The translations under genes and the position numbers were made by a program. From contig NC_058368.1 of the NCBI RefSeq assembly GCF_018350175.1, positions 173,602,001 to 173,666,000 on the forward strand: DNA of 64,000 nt. Direction: 5' to 3'. This document shows positions 16,381 to 29,629 of this stretch, piece after piece (within the stretch, counting starts at the first letter, position 1; each line of letters begins with the position of its first letter). This stretch comes from Felis catus. Taxonomy: Eukaryota. Below the pieces are notes generated by a model that searched no databases, was not told the origin of the DNA, and was given only the letters and a program-made list of their open reading frames with translations.

Positions 16381-17064
16381 CCAATATGGTAGAGGGATAA
16401 ACAAGTGGATCAATGGGACAGAATAAAGATCCCTGGAACAGACCCTGCACAAGTATGACCAACTAATTTTTGAGCATTCAACGAAGGATAGTCTTTTCAA
16501 CAAATACTACTGGAATAGCTGAACATCCATAAAAAATAAAAAAGAATCTTGCCTTAAGTCACAACACAAAAATGAATTGAAAATGGATCATTGATTTAAA
16601 GGTAAAACATAAAGCTAGAAAAATTTAGAAGAAGAAAAGTGAAAATCTTCGCTACAAGCTAGGGCTTGGTGAAGAGATCTCAGACATGACACCAAATGCA
16701 ATACATGAAAGGGGAAAAAAAATGATAAATTGGACTTTACCAGAAATTAAATGCTTAATTTACAAGTAACATCTGAAAAATGACTCATGTCAGATATATA
16801 AAGAACTTTTAAAACTCAAGACAATCCAATTAGAACATGGGTAAAAGACATGAAAGGACACATTGAACAAAGAGGATATTTCATTTGTTCAACATCATAA
16901 GCTATTAGGGAAATGCAAATTCAACTACAATAAGATCATTACACACCTGTAAAAACAACAAAAATAATAAATAGTGACAATATCAAATTCTGGTAAGGAT
17001 GCAGGGAAATTGGATTTCTCATACATTGCTCTCATACAGCCACTCTGGAATACAGCTTGGCAAG

Positions 17065-17449
17065 TTTTTTTTTTTTTAACATTTATTTTGACACAATCTA
17101 TCATAAGTAAATAGAGGTTCCACTCTGCCACAGATGCATCTGTGAAGAGCCCTGTGCCATTCAACTGATGATCATCTAAATAGTGTCCCATCTTTTTATC
17201 TCAGTCACAGCACTTACCTTCCATGTTATTTCTGTCCATTAATTGCTTCCAAATCCAGATGACCAATATAGTTCCTTATCCCTTAAGAAAGCTCAACATG
17301 ATTGGTTCAGGCATTCCAGGATTTGCACCCCCCTTAAATTGCAGGTAAATCATGAGAGGAATAACACTCCAGTGGGTGGCAAATTGGCTACCCTTGAAGA
17401 GCTATGCAGCCCCTGCTTGGCCTCTTTGCTCAGCTTCACCATGGCAACC
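17065..17449 (-). pseudogene. TOMM7: TOMM7 processed pseudogene
   Basis: Minus-strand ATG at 17442 gives MVKLSKEAKQGL, then a 1-nt frameshift, then LFKGSQFATHWSVIPLMIYLQFKGGANPGMPEPIMLSFLKG* (TAA 17276-17278). Intronless, with AATAAA 17082-17087, poly(A) 17065-17077 and an approximate TSD (tggcaagttt / tggcagttt). Confidence 0.93.
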
Positions 17450-18334
17450 ACCTGGCAGTTTCCTATAAAACTAAACTTACTTACTAAATGACCCAGCACT
17501 CCTGGGCATTTATCCCAGAAAAATGAAAACATGTCCACACAAAAGCACGTACACAAATGTTCACAGCTGCTTTCTTCGTAATAGGGGAACAACTTAAATA
17601 TCCTTCAATGAGCAAATGGTTGAATTATGACCCATCCAGATCATGGAATACTACTTAGCAATAAAAGAAAGAAACTCAGGGTGCCTGGCTGGCTCAGTTG
17701 GTGGAGCTTGTGACTCTTGATCTCAAGGTCATGAGTTCAAGCCCCACATTGGGCGTAGAGCTCACTTAAGAAAAGAAACAAACTATTGATACATGCAACA
17801 ACTTGGATGGATCTCAAGGGAATTATACTGAGTGAAAAAAAGCCAATCACTAAGGTGACATATCCATTTTTATAACATTATCAAAATGACAACATTAGAG
17901 AGATGGAGAATAGATTAGTGGTTGCTGGGGTTAGGGATGGTGGAATAAGGGTGTGTCTCACTTATAAAAGAGTAGAAGGGGTAAGATCTTTGTGGTAATG
18001 CAACAAAGATTGCTTCTTGATTATGGTGTGGTTACATGAATTTATACAAATGATAAAACTGGCAACTGCCCCCCCCCCACACACACACACATACACAAAT
18101 ATGTATATGTAAAACTGGTGAAATCTGTGGATATTACCAATGTCAGTTTGCTGGTTTATATAAGAGGTTATCATTGAGGGAAACTAAGGGTTAAATAAGA
18201 CCTTTTTGTAATAGTTTTACAACTTCCCATAAATCTATATTTATTTCAAAATAAAAAGTAAAAAAAAAAAGCCTGTGGGAAATGGATAAATTATGACATT
18301 ATGAATCAGACTAAAATCCTATCATTTTTGCACT

Positions 18335-20770
18335 ACACATAGAAAATCCTAAAGACTCTACCAAAAACTACTAAAAATAATAAAAGAATTAAGTGACAGG
18401 ATACAAAATTAACACCCAGAAATTGGTGGCGTTCCTATACGCTAATAATGAAGTAGAAGAAAGAAATTATGAAAACAATGCTATTTACAATTGTACCAAA
18501 AAGAACAAAATACCTAGGAATAAACTTAACCAAAGAGGTGAAAGAACTATCTCTGAAAACTATAAAACACAAAGAAATTGAAGATGACAAAAACAAATGG
18601 ATTAGAAGAATATTATTAAAATTCCCATATTACCCAAAGTAATTTACAGATTCAATGCAATCCCTATCAAAATACCAACAACAGTTTTCTTTTTTTAACA
18701 TTCTTTTTTTAATTTTTTTATTTTATTTTAATGTTTATTTATTTTTGAGAGAGAGAGGCAGAGACAGAGGGAGACACAGAATCCAAAACAGGCTCCAGGC
18801 TCTGAGCTGTCAGAACAGAGCCCGACGCGGGGCTCAAACTCACAAAACTGTGAGATCATGACCTGAGCCAAAGTCGGACGCCCAACTGACTGAGCCACCC
18901 AGGTGCCCCTTCTTCTTTTTCTTTCTTCCTTTTTTTTTTTTTTTTTTTTGTATTTTAAGAGAGTGAGAGAGTGAGCAGGGAGAGGGGAAGAGGGAGAGAG
19001 AAAGAATCTTAAACATGGGACTGGATCCCTCAACCCTGGGATCATGACCTGAGCTGAAATCAATAGTCGGACACTAAACCAACTGAGCCACCCAGGTGCC
19101 CCACCAACAGCACTTAAAAAAACAAAACAAAACAAAGCAAAAAACTACAACAAATATTACTAAAATTTGTATGGAACCACAGAAGGCCCTGGATAGCCAA
19201 AGCAATCTTGAGAAGGAAGAACAAAGCTGGAGATATCACAAGTCCAGATTTCAAGATATAGTACAAAGCTGTAGTAATGAAAACAGTATAGTGCTGGCAC
19301 AAAAATAGACACATATTTTTTCTCAGTGGAACAGAAGACCCCAGAAATAAACCCACAATTATATAGTCAATTAATCTATGACAAAGGAGGCAAGAACATA
19401 CAATAGGGAAAAGACAGTCTCTTTAATAAATGGACAAACTGGACAGCTACATGCAAAAGAATGAAGTTAGACCACTTTCTAACACCATGTACAAAAATAA
19501 ACTTGAAATGGATTCAAGAACTAAATATGAAACCTAAAACCACAGGGACACCTGGGTGGCTCAGTTGGTTGAGTGTCTGACTTTGACTCAGGTCATGATC
19601 TCACAGCTTGTGGGTTCAAGACCCACATCGGGCTTTGTGCTGACAGCTCAGAGCCTGGAGCCTGTTCCAGATTCTGTGTCTCCGTCTTTTTCTGACCCTC
19701 CCCCCCACCCCCCACCCCCATGCTCTCTCTCTCTCTCTCTCCCTCTCAAAAACAAACATTAAAAAAAGTTTTTTTTTTTAAATACATAAAACAAAAGAAA
19801 CCTAAAACCATAAAAAGCTAGAAGAGGAAACAGGCAGTAATTTTTCTGACATCAGCCATAGCAACAGTTTTTTAGATGTCTCCTGAGGCAAGGGAAACCA
19901 AAGCAAAAATAAACTATTGAGACCACATCAAAATAAAAAGCTTTTGTCCAGCAAAGGAAACCATCAACAAAATAAAAAGACAACCTACTGAATGGGAGAA
20001 GATATTTACAAATGATATATCTGATAAGGGGTTAATATCTAAAATATATAAACAACTTATACAACTCATCACAACAGCAACAACAATAAAACTGAGTAAA
20101 AAATGGGCAGAGGACCTGAATAGACATTTTTCCAAAGACGACCTACAGATGACCAACAAACACATGAAAAGATGCTTAACATCACTAATCATCAAGGAAA
20201 TGCGAATCAAAACTACAATGAAGTATCACCTTACACCAGTTAGAAAGGCTAAAATCAAAATGACAAGAAACTAGTGTTGGCAAGAATGTGGAGAAAAAGG
20301 AACTGTTGGTGGGAATGTAAACTGGTACAGCCACCGTGGGAAACAATATGGATGGACCTAGAGGGTATCAGACTGAGTGAAATAAGTTAGACTGAGAAGG
20401 ACAAATACCATAGGATTCCGCTCATAAATATAATCTAAAAAATGTATTAAAAATTATTAAAAAGCAGACCTATAAATACAGAGAACAAATTGATGGTTGC
20501 CATAGGAGGAGGCGGGTGGGGGGGGGTTCAGCAAAATGGGTAAAGGGGAGAGGGAGATACAGTCTTCCAGTTATGCAATGAATAAGTCACAGGAATAACA
20601 GGCACAGCATACAGAATACAGTGCATGATATTGTAATAGCAATGTAATGGAACAAGTGGTAGCTACATTTGTAGTGAACATAGCATAATGTATAAACTTG
20701 TCAAATCACTAAGTTGTACACCTGAAACTAATGTAACATTATACTCAAACAAAAAAGAAATTAAAAAAAT
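18335..20770 (+). mobile_element. L1 (carnivore-type) 3' part with nested SINEs
   Basis: ORF2 remnants (GYKINTQK...; antisense '[16 protein letters not shown]'), A-rich tail, TSD-like aaatcctatc at both ends. Confidence 0.85.
18700..19780. mobile_element. Can-SINE cluster within L1 (two minus copies 18700-19101, one plus copy 19545-19780)
   Basis: Consensus SINE heads and bodies. Confidence 0.9.
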
Positions 20771-21544
20771 TACAAATCCTATCGTCTTGGAGCACCTGGT
20801 TGGTTCAGTTGGTAGAGCATTCGACTCATGATTTCAGGGTTGTGAGTTCAAGCCCCATGTTGGGCGTAGAGCTTAAAGAACAAATACATAAAATATTTTT
20901 AAAAATCCTATCCTCTTTGGGTTATAGTTTTGTTATTTGAAGGTGTGGCAGCAGGTGGCGGGGCAGTAGGGTGGTAGGAGGTCATTCTGGTTTCCTCCCT
21001 TGTATCAAAAGCTCTGCCTGCCAGCAACTACAGCTATGCCTGGCCCATGGTAGCCATTCTTTGAAGAGTGAATGAATTGGCAGTAAAATGCATCTTTACT
21101 TTAATAATAGTTGGTAAAACTGGCAACATCCCTCCAAGGGGTACATGCCACAAGTCCTTGGGGGGAAGAAGGTGGAGCTCCAGGACCAGATGCTTTCTCA
21201 CCACTTTGGCCTTGGCCTCAGTACCTCAGAATCCTTTGAGCTCAGCCTGTATACTGATGGGAAAAACGTCCTTCTCTGGGCACAGAGTGGGTAACAGCCT
21301 AGATACTGTATAAGGGAAGTTTAACTGCCACAGAGTCCTCAGCACCTTGTATGGTGCTTCCCATCTTGTTTGTGCTAAATAAAGTCATTCAACAAAACTG
21401 GCTGAGTGTTTCTGCCCAAAGCCACAAACTGTTCTAGGCAGTGACTGGGTACTCCAGTGAATGAGACCAAGTTCCTGCCTCCAGGAAGCTGGCATTCCAG
21501 AAGGAGAGCTAGACAATATACAAGTAAACAATAACTTCAAATTA

Positions 21545-21750
21545 GGGGCGCCTGGGTGGCTCAGTCAATTAAGTGTCTGATTTCAGGTTAGGTCATGATC
21601 TTGCAGTTCATGACTTCAAGCCCCACACTGGGCTCTGTGCTGACAGCTCAGAGCCTGGAGCCTGCTTCAGTTTCTGTGTCTCCCTCTCTGCCCCTCCCCT
21701 GCTTGCACTCTGTCTCTCTCTCGTTCTCTCACAAAAATTATTTTAAAATT
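21545..21750 (+). mobile_element. Can-SINE
   Basis: Consensus head and body; TSD ttcaaatta. Confidence 0.9.
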
Positions 21751-24700
21751 TTAAATTCAAATTATCACAAGGGTCATGAAGAATACAGGGGCAGGGGCAC
21801 CCTGACATAGGGGTGGTCTCCCAGGGGAGGTGATGTTGCGATGAGACCTGAATGATGAACAGGAGCTAGTCAGGAGAAAAGCTTTCCAGAAGGAGGGAAC
21901 AGAATGTGCAGAAGCTCAGAGGCAGGAAGGAGTTTGGGCAAGAACACAGGATGAAGCTGAGGAGATGAAGCTGAGGAGATGAAGTTGAAGAGAAGGGCAG
22001 GGGCCAGGTCCCAGAGGGCCTTATAAACCACAGTGTTTCATTTGTTCCTCAGCTCCGAGTTGAGGTATATATTATCTTTGGTTTCCGTATGAAGAAGCTG
22101 TGGCTCAGAGAGGCCCCAGTCTAAGTCCCAGGCCCAAGTAGAAAGTGGGAGAATCAGGATAGCCTGGTAGTCTTTCCACTCTGCATTCTCCAAGTCAGAG
22201 AACCCACTTCTGAAAAATCCTAACAGAGGCCTCCTTCAGCCTGTTTTCCCCTGCCACCTTACAACTTCCTGGATGCAACAGGAGATGGAAGCCCTCTGTC
22301 CCTCACACGGGTTCTTGGGAATGACAGCCGCAGAAGAGTCTTGGGTTTTTGTTTTATGAACGGGGAGACTGAAGTCAGACTGATTTCAGCCCTGAAGATA
22401 AACCTCCTTTGTCATTTCACTGGAAGATGGGTGATGACAAAGACGTTGAGGTTCCATGTTTGTCTCTCCCTCCTCTCACCTGTCTTCTCCAGCTTCCCTG
22501 TGACACGGGTTGGAAGCAGTAGAACCATTATCCCAATCTAATCTCTCTCTCATCAGCCTCTGCGTGTCCCTCCTTCCTTCTAGCTACCCCCAGGTTCTCA
22601 TGGTTTACCCAACATGCCATTTTCACCCCTGTGTTGTGCATGCTGTTTCCTCTGCTTAGAAGACTATTCACATTTCATTAAGTGCCCACCATGCGGCCGA
22701 GTTACCCCTCATGGGATCCTTCTTCTGATTTCTTTACTGTAAAACTGTTACTACTTCCCTCATAGTTCCTGCTGAAGAACCTGAGACTCAGATGGGGAGA
22801 GGACTTTCCCGAGATTCCGGAGAGTTGCGATCAAGCCCAGGTCCATCTCCCCCTGCAGCCCTTGCCCTTGAGCCACACTATGTTGTCTCAAATGCTTGAA
22901 CTCCTCTCCTCCTGGTAAGCATGCTCCTTTTCCAAAGCCCAGTTTGAATGTCCCATCCTCAAGTGAGCTTCCCCAGATCCCTCCCTCAAGTCAGAGAAGA
23001 ACACACTTCTACTCTGCTTCCTCAGCTTTCCCCATATGCCTCACCTGTTACAATCAATCTGGTTGGCTGCCCATGTCTCTGCTTCACTAGACCAAAAGTC
23101 ATCACATACGCCAAATGCCCAGATCCTAGCAAAAGGGCAAGGACACAGCAGGCATCAGTGAGGGTTATCTGAACAGGTGACTGAATAAGTGAAAAAATGA
23201 GCTGCTTGGAGGGAAAGCATATGGGAAGTTGACCCCAGTCCCAGGGCCCAGATGATTACACAGGCCTTGCCCTCTCTTTCCAGTGTCCAGCACAGTGAAT
23301 TAACTGTTATCTCTCCCATTTCCAATTATTTTTCTGCACGGTGATACTTTGAACCACCACCACCCTGGCCTCCACAGTTCTGACAAGCTGGGGCAAACCT
23401 GTCAGCCTCCGCTGTTATTTCAACCTCAGATAAAGTCTCTGACAGAGAAGTGCATGCTGGGAAAGCCCTCCTAACAACAGAGGGCTCACTGCTGTTCAGT
23501 GCTCAACACAATGGCAGGTTGCTCAGCCAGAAATTAACCACATCTGCTGAGGGTGAATGGATTTATTTTAGCAAATGTATAAACATTTTATATGATTTTA
23601 ACCCAAGTATATCCGGGGGGGAAAGCTGGAAGCAACTATGCCAAAATATTAATCTTAGTAATTTTGGGTGATGGGACTACGAATAAGGGTTATTTTCTTC
23701 TTTATGCTTTTCTGCAATTTTTCAAAAGAAAAGGCTTTCCCCAATGTACTTGCCAATTATGTTTCTCCATTCCAAAGGTGGAAGTCCCAACATCCCATGG
23801 ATGTCCTCTACCTCTAACAACACCTTTCCACCAAGCCACCCTTTCTGAAACCTAGACCTCACCCTTTCTAAGATTTGGCTTTCAATTCTGGGACCTACCA
23901 CATAGTCTTTCAACACATCAGTTTTTGGGGGGTTTTTCCCCCCTTAAATTAGCTACAGTGGGTTTCCTGTTTGTTACCTGCAAGTAAAGATCTCTAATAT
24001 AGGCACAAAAAGAGCTATGTGAGAAGATCCAGGGGTGTGCAGTTTCTATGTGTCTAAATTGATTTATATCTACACTCCTTGCCATGCCAGCACCTGTGTT
24101 ATAATAAGCCAGAGTGTTATAAATATGATTCTGGAAGACCAGAATCACATGGCATAGGCACTTGGTAGGCTGGCAATCAGGGGAGTTTGAGAAATTGACA
24201 GCTTATCTTCTAAACCATTTATCTTGAGTGTTAGTTGTGTTAGTACAGCTTTAGGCAGGAAGTGCATTGGTGTGTTTAGGGAACAATCAAGAGATCTGTG
24301 TGGTTAATTAGTATGACCATGCAGGGGAACAGAAAAACAAAGCTGTAAAGAGGCCCCAGAGTTGAAGTCCCCAACTTCTAGGCTGAAGAGCTGGACTTTC
24401 ATCTGGGACAAAGGGGGTGCAGAGAGATTCTGAATGCCTGCATGTGCCCTCTGTTTTCAGAAAGAAAACTGGCAGCAGTGAAGAAAATAGACTGGCGACA
24501 GGTCCTGGCTTTTCATATCTACTCCCACTGTATATTCTGGTCTCAATCTCATATGGACTCTCTGTTTTCCCAGAAAACCACCTAAGTCTTCCTATATTCT
24601 AGTCTGCACTCTTTAAAACAGCTCTTTCAAATCAAAAGTCTTCTTAGACCTCTGACCCCACCATCTCCCCACAATCTGACAAAGAGTTACCGTCACATGT

Positions 24701-25920
24701 GGACATTTTCAACTTCTGCCTTCAAATCTACAAATGCACTTTCTGCTCCCATCCTTCCTCTTAAGGCCAACCTTTCCACCATCCCAGGGACATCTTTCTC
24801 TGTTATCCTTTCTCTATGCACCTTCAACATTTTTCTCTAAAATCTCACTGCTTTTAACACTTACACATAATGAAGTCTCTCCTATGTTAAATAACCTTTC
24901 CTCATTCATAACGCTTCTCTGGCTTGTCCTATTTCCTCCAATACCTTGCACTGACAAATTTCATGAGAGCTGCCTACATTCCATCTTTCCACTTCATTTC
25001 CCATTCATTACTTCTGCCTTCTGATACTGTACTCTACTGAAATAGCACCTGTGAAGGTCACCAGGGACTGTTTTGTCCCTAAAATGCTGTTGTCAGAAAT
25101 CTGGACACTCCATCACCCTCCGTATCTAATCAGCCTTCAGGCCCTCCTTGGTTATTGTGCCTTCTACATACTTCTCATTCCCATCATTAACGCTTCTCTA
25201 TCCCCACACCATTCCTAATCCAAGACTCCATCATATCACCTCTTAGTCTTGCCCCATCCCATCCAATCTCCCCAAAGTGACAGAATCAGCTTTCTGAAAC
25301 CCAAATCTGATGTGTCTCCCTTGCTTAAAGCCCCTCAATGGCCCTCAAGATAAAGTATGATTCCCTAACCTAATTCACATAATCTGACCCCCAGGTACCA
25401 GGTGGGGAACTTTTCTATTTACAAAGATCTTGTAAGACACCAATGAACATGGCAATTAGGAGGTTGCAGTTGACTGTAAGAGATGGTCAGTGGGGATGGA
25501 AGTTCAATCAACAGGAGGTTAAGGACGTGAAGGCTGGTTGTGCAAGCTATCTTGGCAGGAAAGGAGATAGGACTGGGACCTGTGGGTAAGGGAAGATTAA
25601 GGTTTTGCAAGGGAGGAGATGCCAAACATTTTTAGATGGAACATGAAGAGAGATTCAAGCGAATGAAAAGAAGATAGTTGTAAAGGTTCTGGCAATGATG
25701 ACACAAATCAGAGACTGAGCCCACACTGCTGGCAGGAGTATAAATAACTTTTCTGGACGATCATTTGGAAATCACACAATCATTTAAAAAAGTAAAATTT
25801 CCAACCTTTGATTCAGTAACTTCACTTCTGGGATTCTTCTTCCCTGAGAAAACAAGCATGGGTGTGTACACTTAGCTACAGGGATGATGTTTATCAGTCT
25901 GTACTTAGAAAAGCAAAACA

Positions 25921-26150
25921 GGGGTGCCTGGGTGGCTCGGTCGGTTAAGTGTCCGACTTCGGCTCAGGTCATGATCTCACGGTCCGTGAGTTCGAGCCCT
26001 GCGTCGGGCTCTGTGCTGACCGCTCAGAGCCTGGAGCCTGTTTCGGATTCTGCATCTCCCTCTCTCTCTGCCAACCCCCTCCCCCACCCCCCGTTCATGC
26101 TCTGTCTCTTTCTCAAAAATAAATAAACGTTAAAAAAAATTTCTTTTTAA
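25921..26150 (+). mobile_element. Can-SINE
   Basis: Consensus; TSD agaaaagcaaaaca. Confidence 0.92.
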
Positions 26151-29100
26151 AGAAAAGCAAAACAAACAAAAAAACCAAACCAAAACAAAAAACAACCTAA
26201 AATGTCATAAGAGGATTTTGATCAGTTTATGGTACATCCATTCAGTGAAATGATGCATAGTCATTAAAAATATACAGATAAGATATGAAATGGAGAGAAT
26301 ACAATATTTACAATGCCATCCCATTTTTGTAGAAAAAAATGTTTTTATATGCAAAGTCTGGGAAGACATACACTGGAATATTAACAGTAGATACCTCCGG
26401 ACAATGTGGTACTGTGAAGTTTTATTGTTTATTTGCACTTCCTAAAGTTTATCATGAATAGGAATACCTGAATAAAGAAAACAATTTATAAAATCACATA
26501 CACACAGCGAGCCCATTTATATGAGTTTAAGAACAAACAAAACTTCTATGGTGAAAGAAGTCAGAGTAGTGGTTATCTCAGAGACACTACAGACTGGGAA
26601 GACACACGAGAACTTTCTGAGGTAATTAAACATCCTGCATCTCGTTTTTGGTGTACACATAGGCAAAATTTTATCAAGCTGTGGATTTAAGATTTGGGCA
26701 TTTTACTGCATGTAAATTATATCTCCTTCAAAAGAAAATACACCCACAAGACAGAAGGAAAAGAGGAAGCAGTTAACATCACAGAGCAATTTTGGGGTGA
26801 AAAAGGAAGATGATGAAGTTCTGTGACAAGATCTCAATTTTCTCAGGAAGTAGGCTGTTTTGTAATGGGCTGTGAGTGAGGAAGATGCAGGTGGGCTTGG
26901 ATTGAGAAAGGGGACACAGTGGAACAGTGTCTATGCAGTAGAAATGCGTGGGGATTTTCCTAGGGCTGGATCACAGGAGTGGGCATCAATACCCAGGGCT
27001 CCTCAGTTTACTGTGGTATATGCCAGGACTCTGCAGCTTAAGGAACAAGAGGAGAGAAACCAAATGGTTCAGTTTCGCTTCGTTAATTGTGACAGCACTG
27101 GACTGTCACAGAGAGGGGGTAAAAAGCCAACAGAATTCTAGCAGGGAGAACTGGGAGGAGTGGAGAGGGACAGAAAGGCCTTGATGGCAGAGTAGAGATA
27201 GCGGAGTGGGAGCACTAAAGGCTGTGGTCAGAAAGGGTTTAGTTTTGAGGTCCTGAGGGTGAAACAGTTCAAAGTGGAAGCCATGCTCAAAGCACAGCAC
27301 AGCTGGGAGGGACAGGAGCAAAGAAAGCAAACATTACCAAGCATTCATCTTCCACCACCAGGCACTTCACAGGTTATCAGGCCATTTAAGCAGCACCTGA
27401 ACTTTGCAAGGATGCACCACCATGATGTTTACAAATGAGGAAACGCCCTGAATCAGTCAGTCAGCAAGCAGCAGTTTCAAATCCAGATTGGACTCAAAGC
27501 CTCTACTACATTCAGCGGCTACACAAGTCAAATCATGAGCAATAGGACCAGAACTTTAGAGAATCCACATATGTAGACATAAGAGTCACCCAGGTTGCTG
27601 GTGGAGAGGAAAAGTATCAGTTGTCAACATCTGGGGGAATGTCCAGTAGCAACCAGAACAGGAAAAAGTAGCCCAAGCAGGTGGCCCATGCTTTGGGAGC
27701 ATTGTCCTGGAAGACAGTGCATCAGAGTGGCAGAAGAGAAATAGAGATCCATATCCTGGTTCAAAAATTCAAGAGAAAACGAGCAGTATTTGCTTAAGGG
27801 TTGTTTGAAGTGGTGTCTTCAAGGGAAAATCAGGTTTCAGCTTAAAGAAACCCGGGAGTTTGGGGCATGATTCCAAGAGTTACCAAGAAGGGCAGACAGA
27901 AGAGGGGAGGAGTAGGGTTGGGAGAGGGAGGATAGGCTCAGCACTGTGTTGGCAGGACCCGAAGTCATGAGGAAAAGACTTTGAGGGCTGGAGGCTCCAC
28001 TGGGGTAAAAGCACATGGAGTTACAACTGCAACACCAGAAGCATGGCAAGGAAAAGTGTCAGGCATTACCTGACTGACCATAGGCAAAGCTTCAACTTAA
28101 CCCCTCCGCTTTAACCTCTCCTCCCTTTATCTAGGGTGAATGGTTAGCAGTGGGCAAGCTACAGACTGTTTTGAAAACAGTAATAGGAGCTATTACTTAC
28201 CAAACACCAATTGTATGCCAGGTTAACTCTGCAGTAGCAATTCACTTAATCATGACTGCAGGGCTACAACCTACCCCCTTTTTACAGATGATCAAACTGA
28301 AGCCTAGAGAGTTGAGGTTACTTGGCCAAAATCACGGCCACGGCCAGGATTTCGAACCAGGTGTATCTGGCATCAAAGTTCTAATCTTCCTTTACTCTGT
28401 TCACTGATGGCAAAAATTTTATACATAAGCTTCACAATCGTGAAGTGTTCATTTTTAAAAGTGGATTGACCTAAGGTGAACAAACTCTTCTTGCAGACTT
28501 ACTAGACTGAGCAGAAGATGTTCTAGTTCAGAGGTATATTAAAAATAAAATGGAAGCCACACATCTTTGGATAAGCAATAGGGCAGATTCTGAAGGTAAC
28601 AAGAATTCGTAGCTCACAGGAATAAGTTCTTTGCATGAAGTCAGACAGTGGGGAAGAAAAAGGCAAATAATTGAACCTAAAATTTCCTCTCAGAAATTAA
28701 AATACAAGGGTGTCTGGCTGGCTAAGTTGGTAGAGTGTGTAGCTCTCGATCTTGGGGTTGTAGGTTCAAGCCCCAAGTTGGGTGTGAAGTTTACTCAAAA
28801 AGAAAATTAAAAAAAAAAAAAGAAAGAAATGAGAATACAAGCAACAATACCTTAGGAGGGGAGCTCCAATAATAGTCCAGACTTTGTCAGATCAAAGGTG
28901 ACTCTTCTTTAGGGACTCATTCGCAAGGACGTAGATCTGTTCTAGCAGGAGATGTGACATCCCTTATGAAACTGACAGTTACAACTGCAAAAAAACATTC
29001 CTTCAAAACACACTGCCACGGAGAAAGGAAACAATGACACCTGTGTTGGGCCCTTCATATATATTTGATTTAATCTACAAACCCATTCCAAGATAGACAG

Positions 29101-29251
29101 TGTTAACTTCATGTACAGTTGGGGGAAACTAACGAACTTGTTTGAAGCCACAAAAGGCCAAATTTGAACCCATATCTATCTGCCCCTCCTACCTATCCAC
29201 ACTAAGTTGCCTCTTTTCACTGGAATGCATTAGATTTAACTCCTTGCTTCT

Positions 29252-29482
29252 TTTTTTTTTTTTTTTTTTTTTTTTCAACGTTTTTTTATTTATTTTTGGG
29301 ACAGAGACAGAGAGAGCATGAACGGGGGAGGGGCAGAGAGAGAGGGAGACACAGAATCGGAAACAGGCTCCAGGCTCCGAGCCATCAGCCCAGAGCCCGA
29401 CGCGGGGCTCCAACTCACGGACCATGAGATCGTGACCTGGCTGAAGTCGGACGCTCAACCGACTGCGCCACCCAGGCGCCCC
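29252..29482 (-). mobile_element. Young felid Can-SINE just past the FAF2 3' end
   Basis: Consensus, long poly(A), TSD ctccttgcttct. Confidence 0.95.
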
Positions 29483-29629
29483 TCCTTGCTTCTGTTTGAT
29501 TCTCCCTTGCCTCTCAGCAATGCAGTATCCTGTTCCCACCCCCATGGTTTCCCAAACTTTCCTTCATGAACACAGAAAATATCTACCACATCTCTCTTAA
29601 ACAGAAAGACCCACAACTCATTATGAGAT

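Larger units (their letters stand above)
15262..18270 (+). mobile_element. Old 5'-truncated L1 (L1M-type) with nested SINEs and the TOMM7 retrocopy
   Basis: Degraded ORF2-like and 3'UTR sequence, A-tail to 18270, TSD cctgtggga at 15253-15261 and 18272-18280. Confidence 0.8.

Noticed and set aside
17678..17770. Short tRNA-like sequences (also ~20788, 28708, 38535, 47635, 48172, 50271) as tRNA genes
   Set aside because: Degenerate A/B boxes followed by A-rich tails mark them as short tRNA-derived carnivore SINEs.
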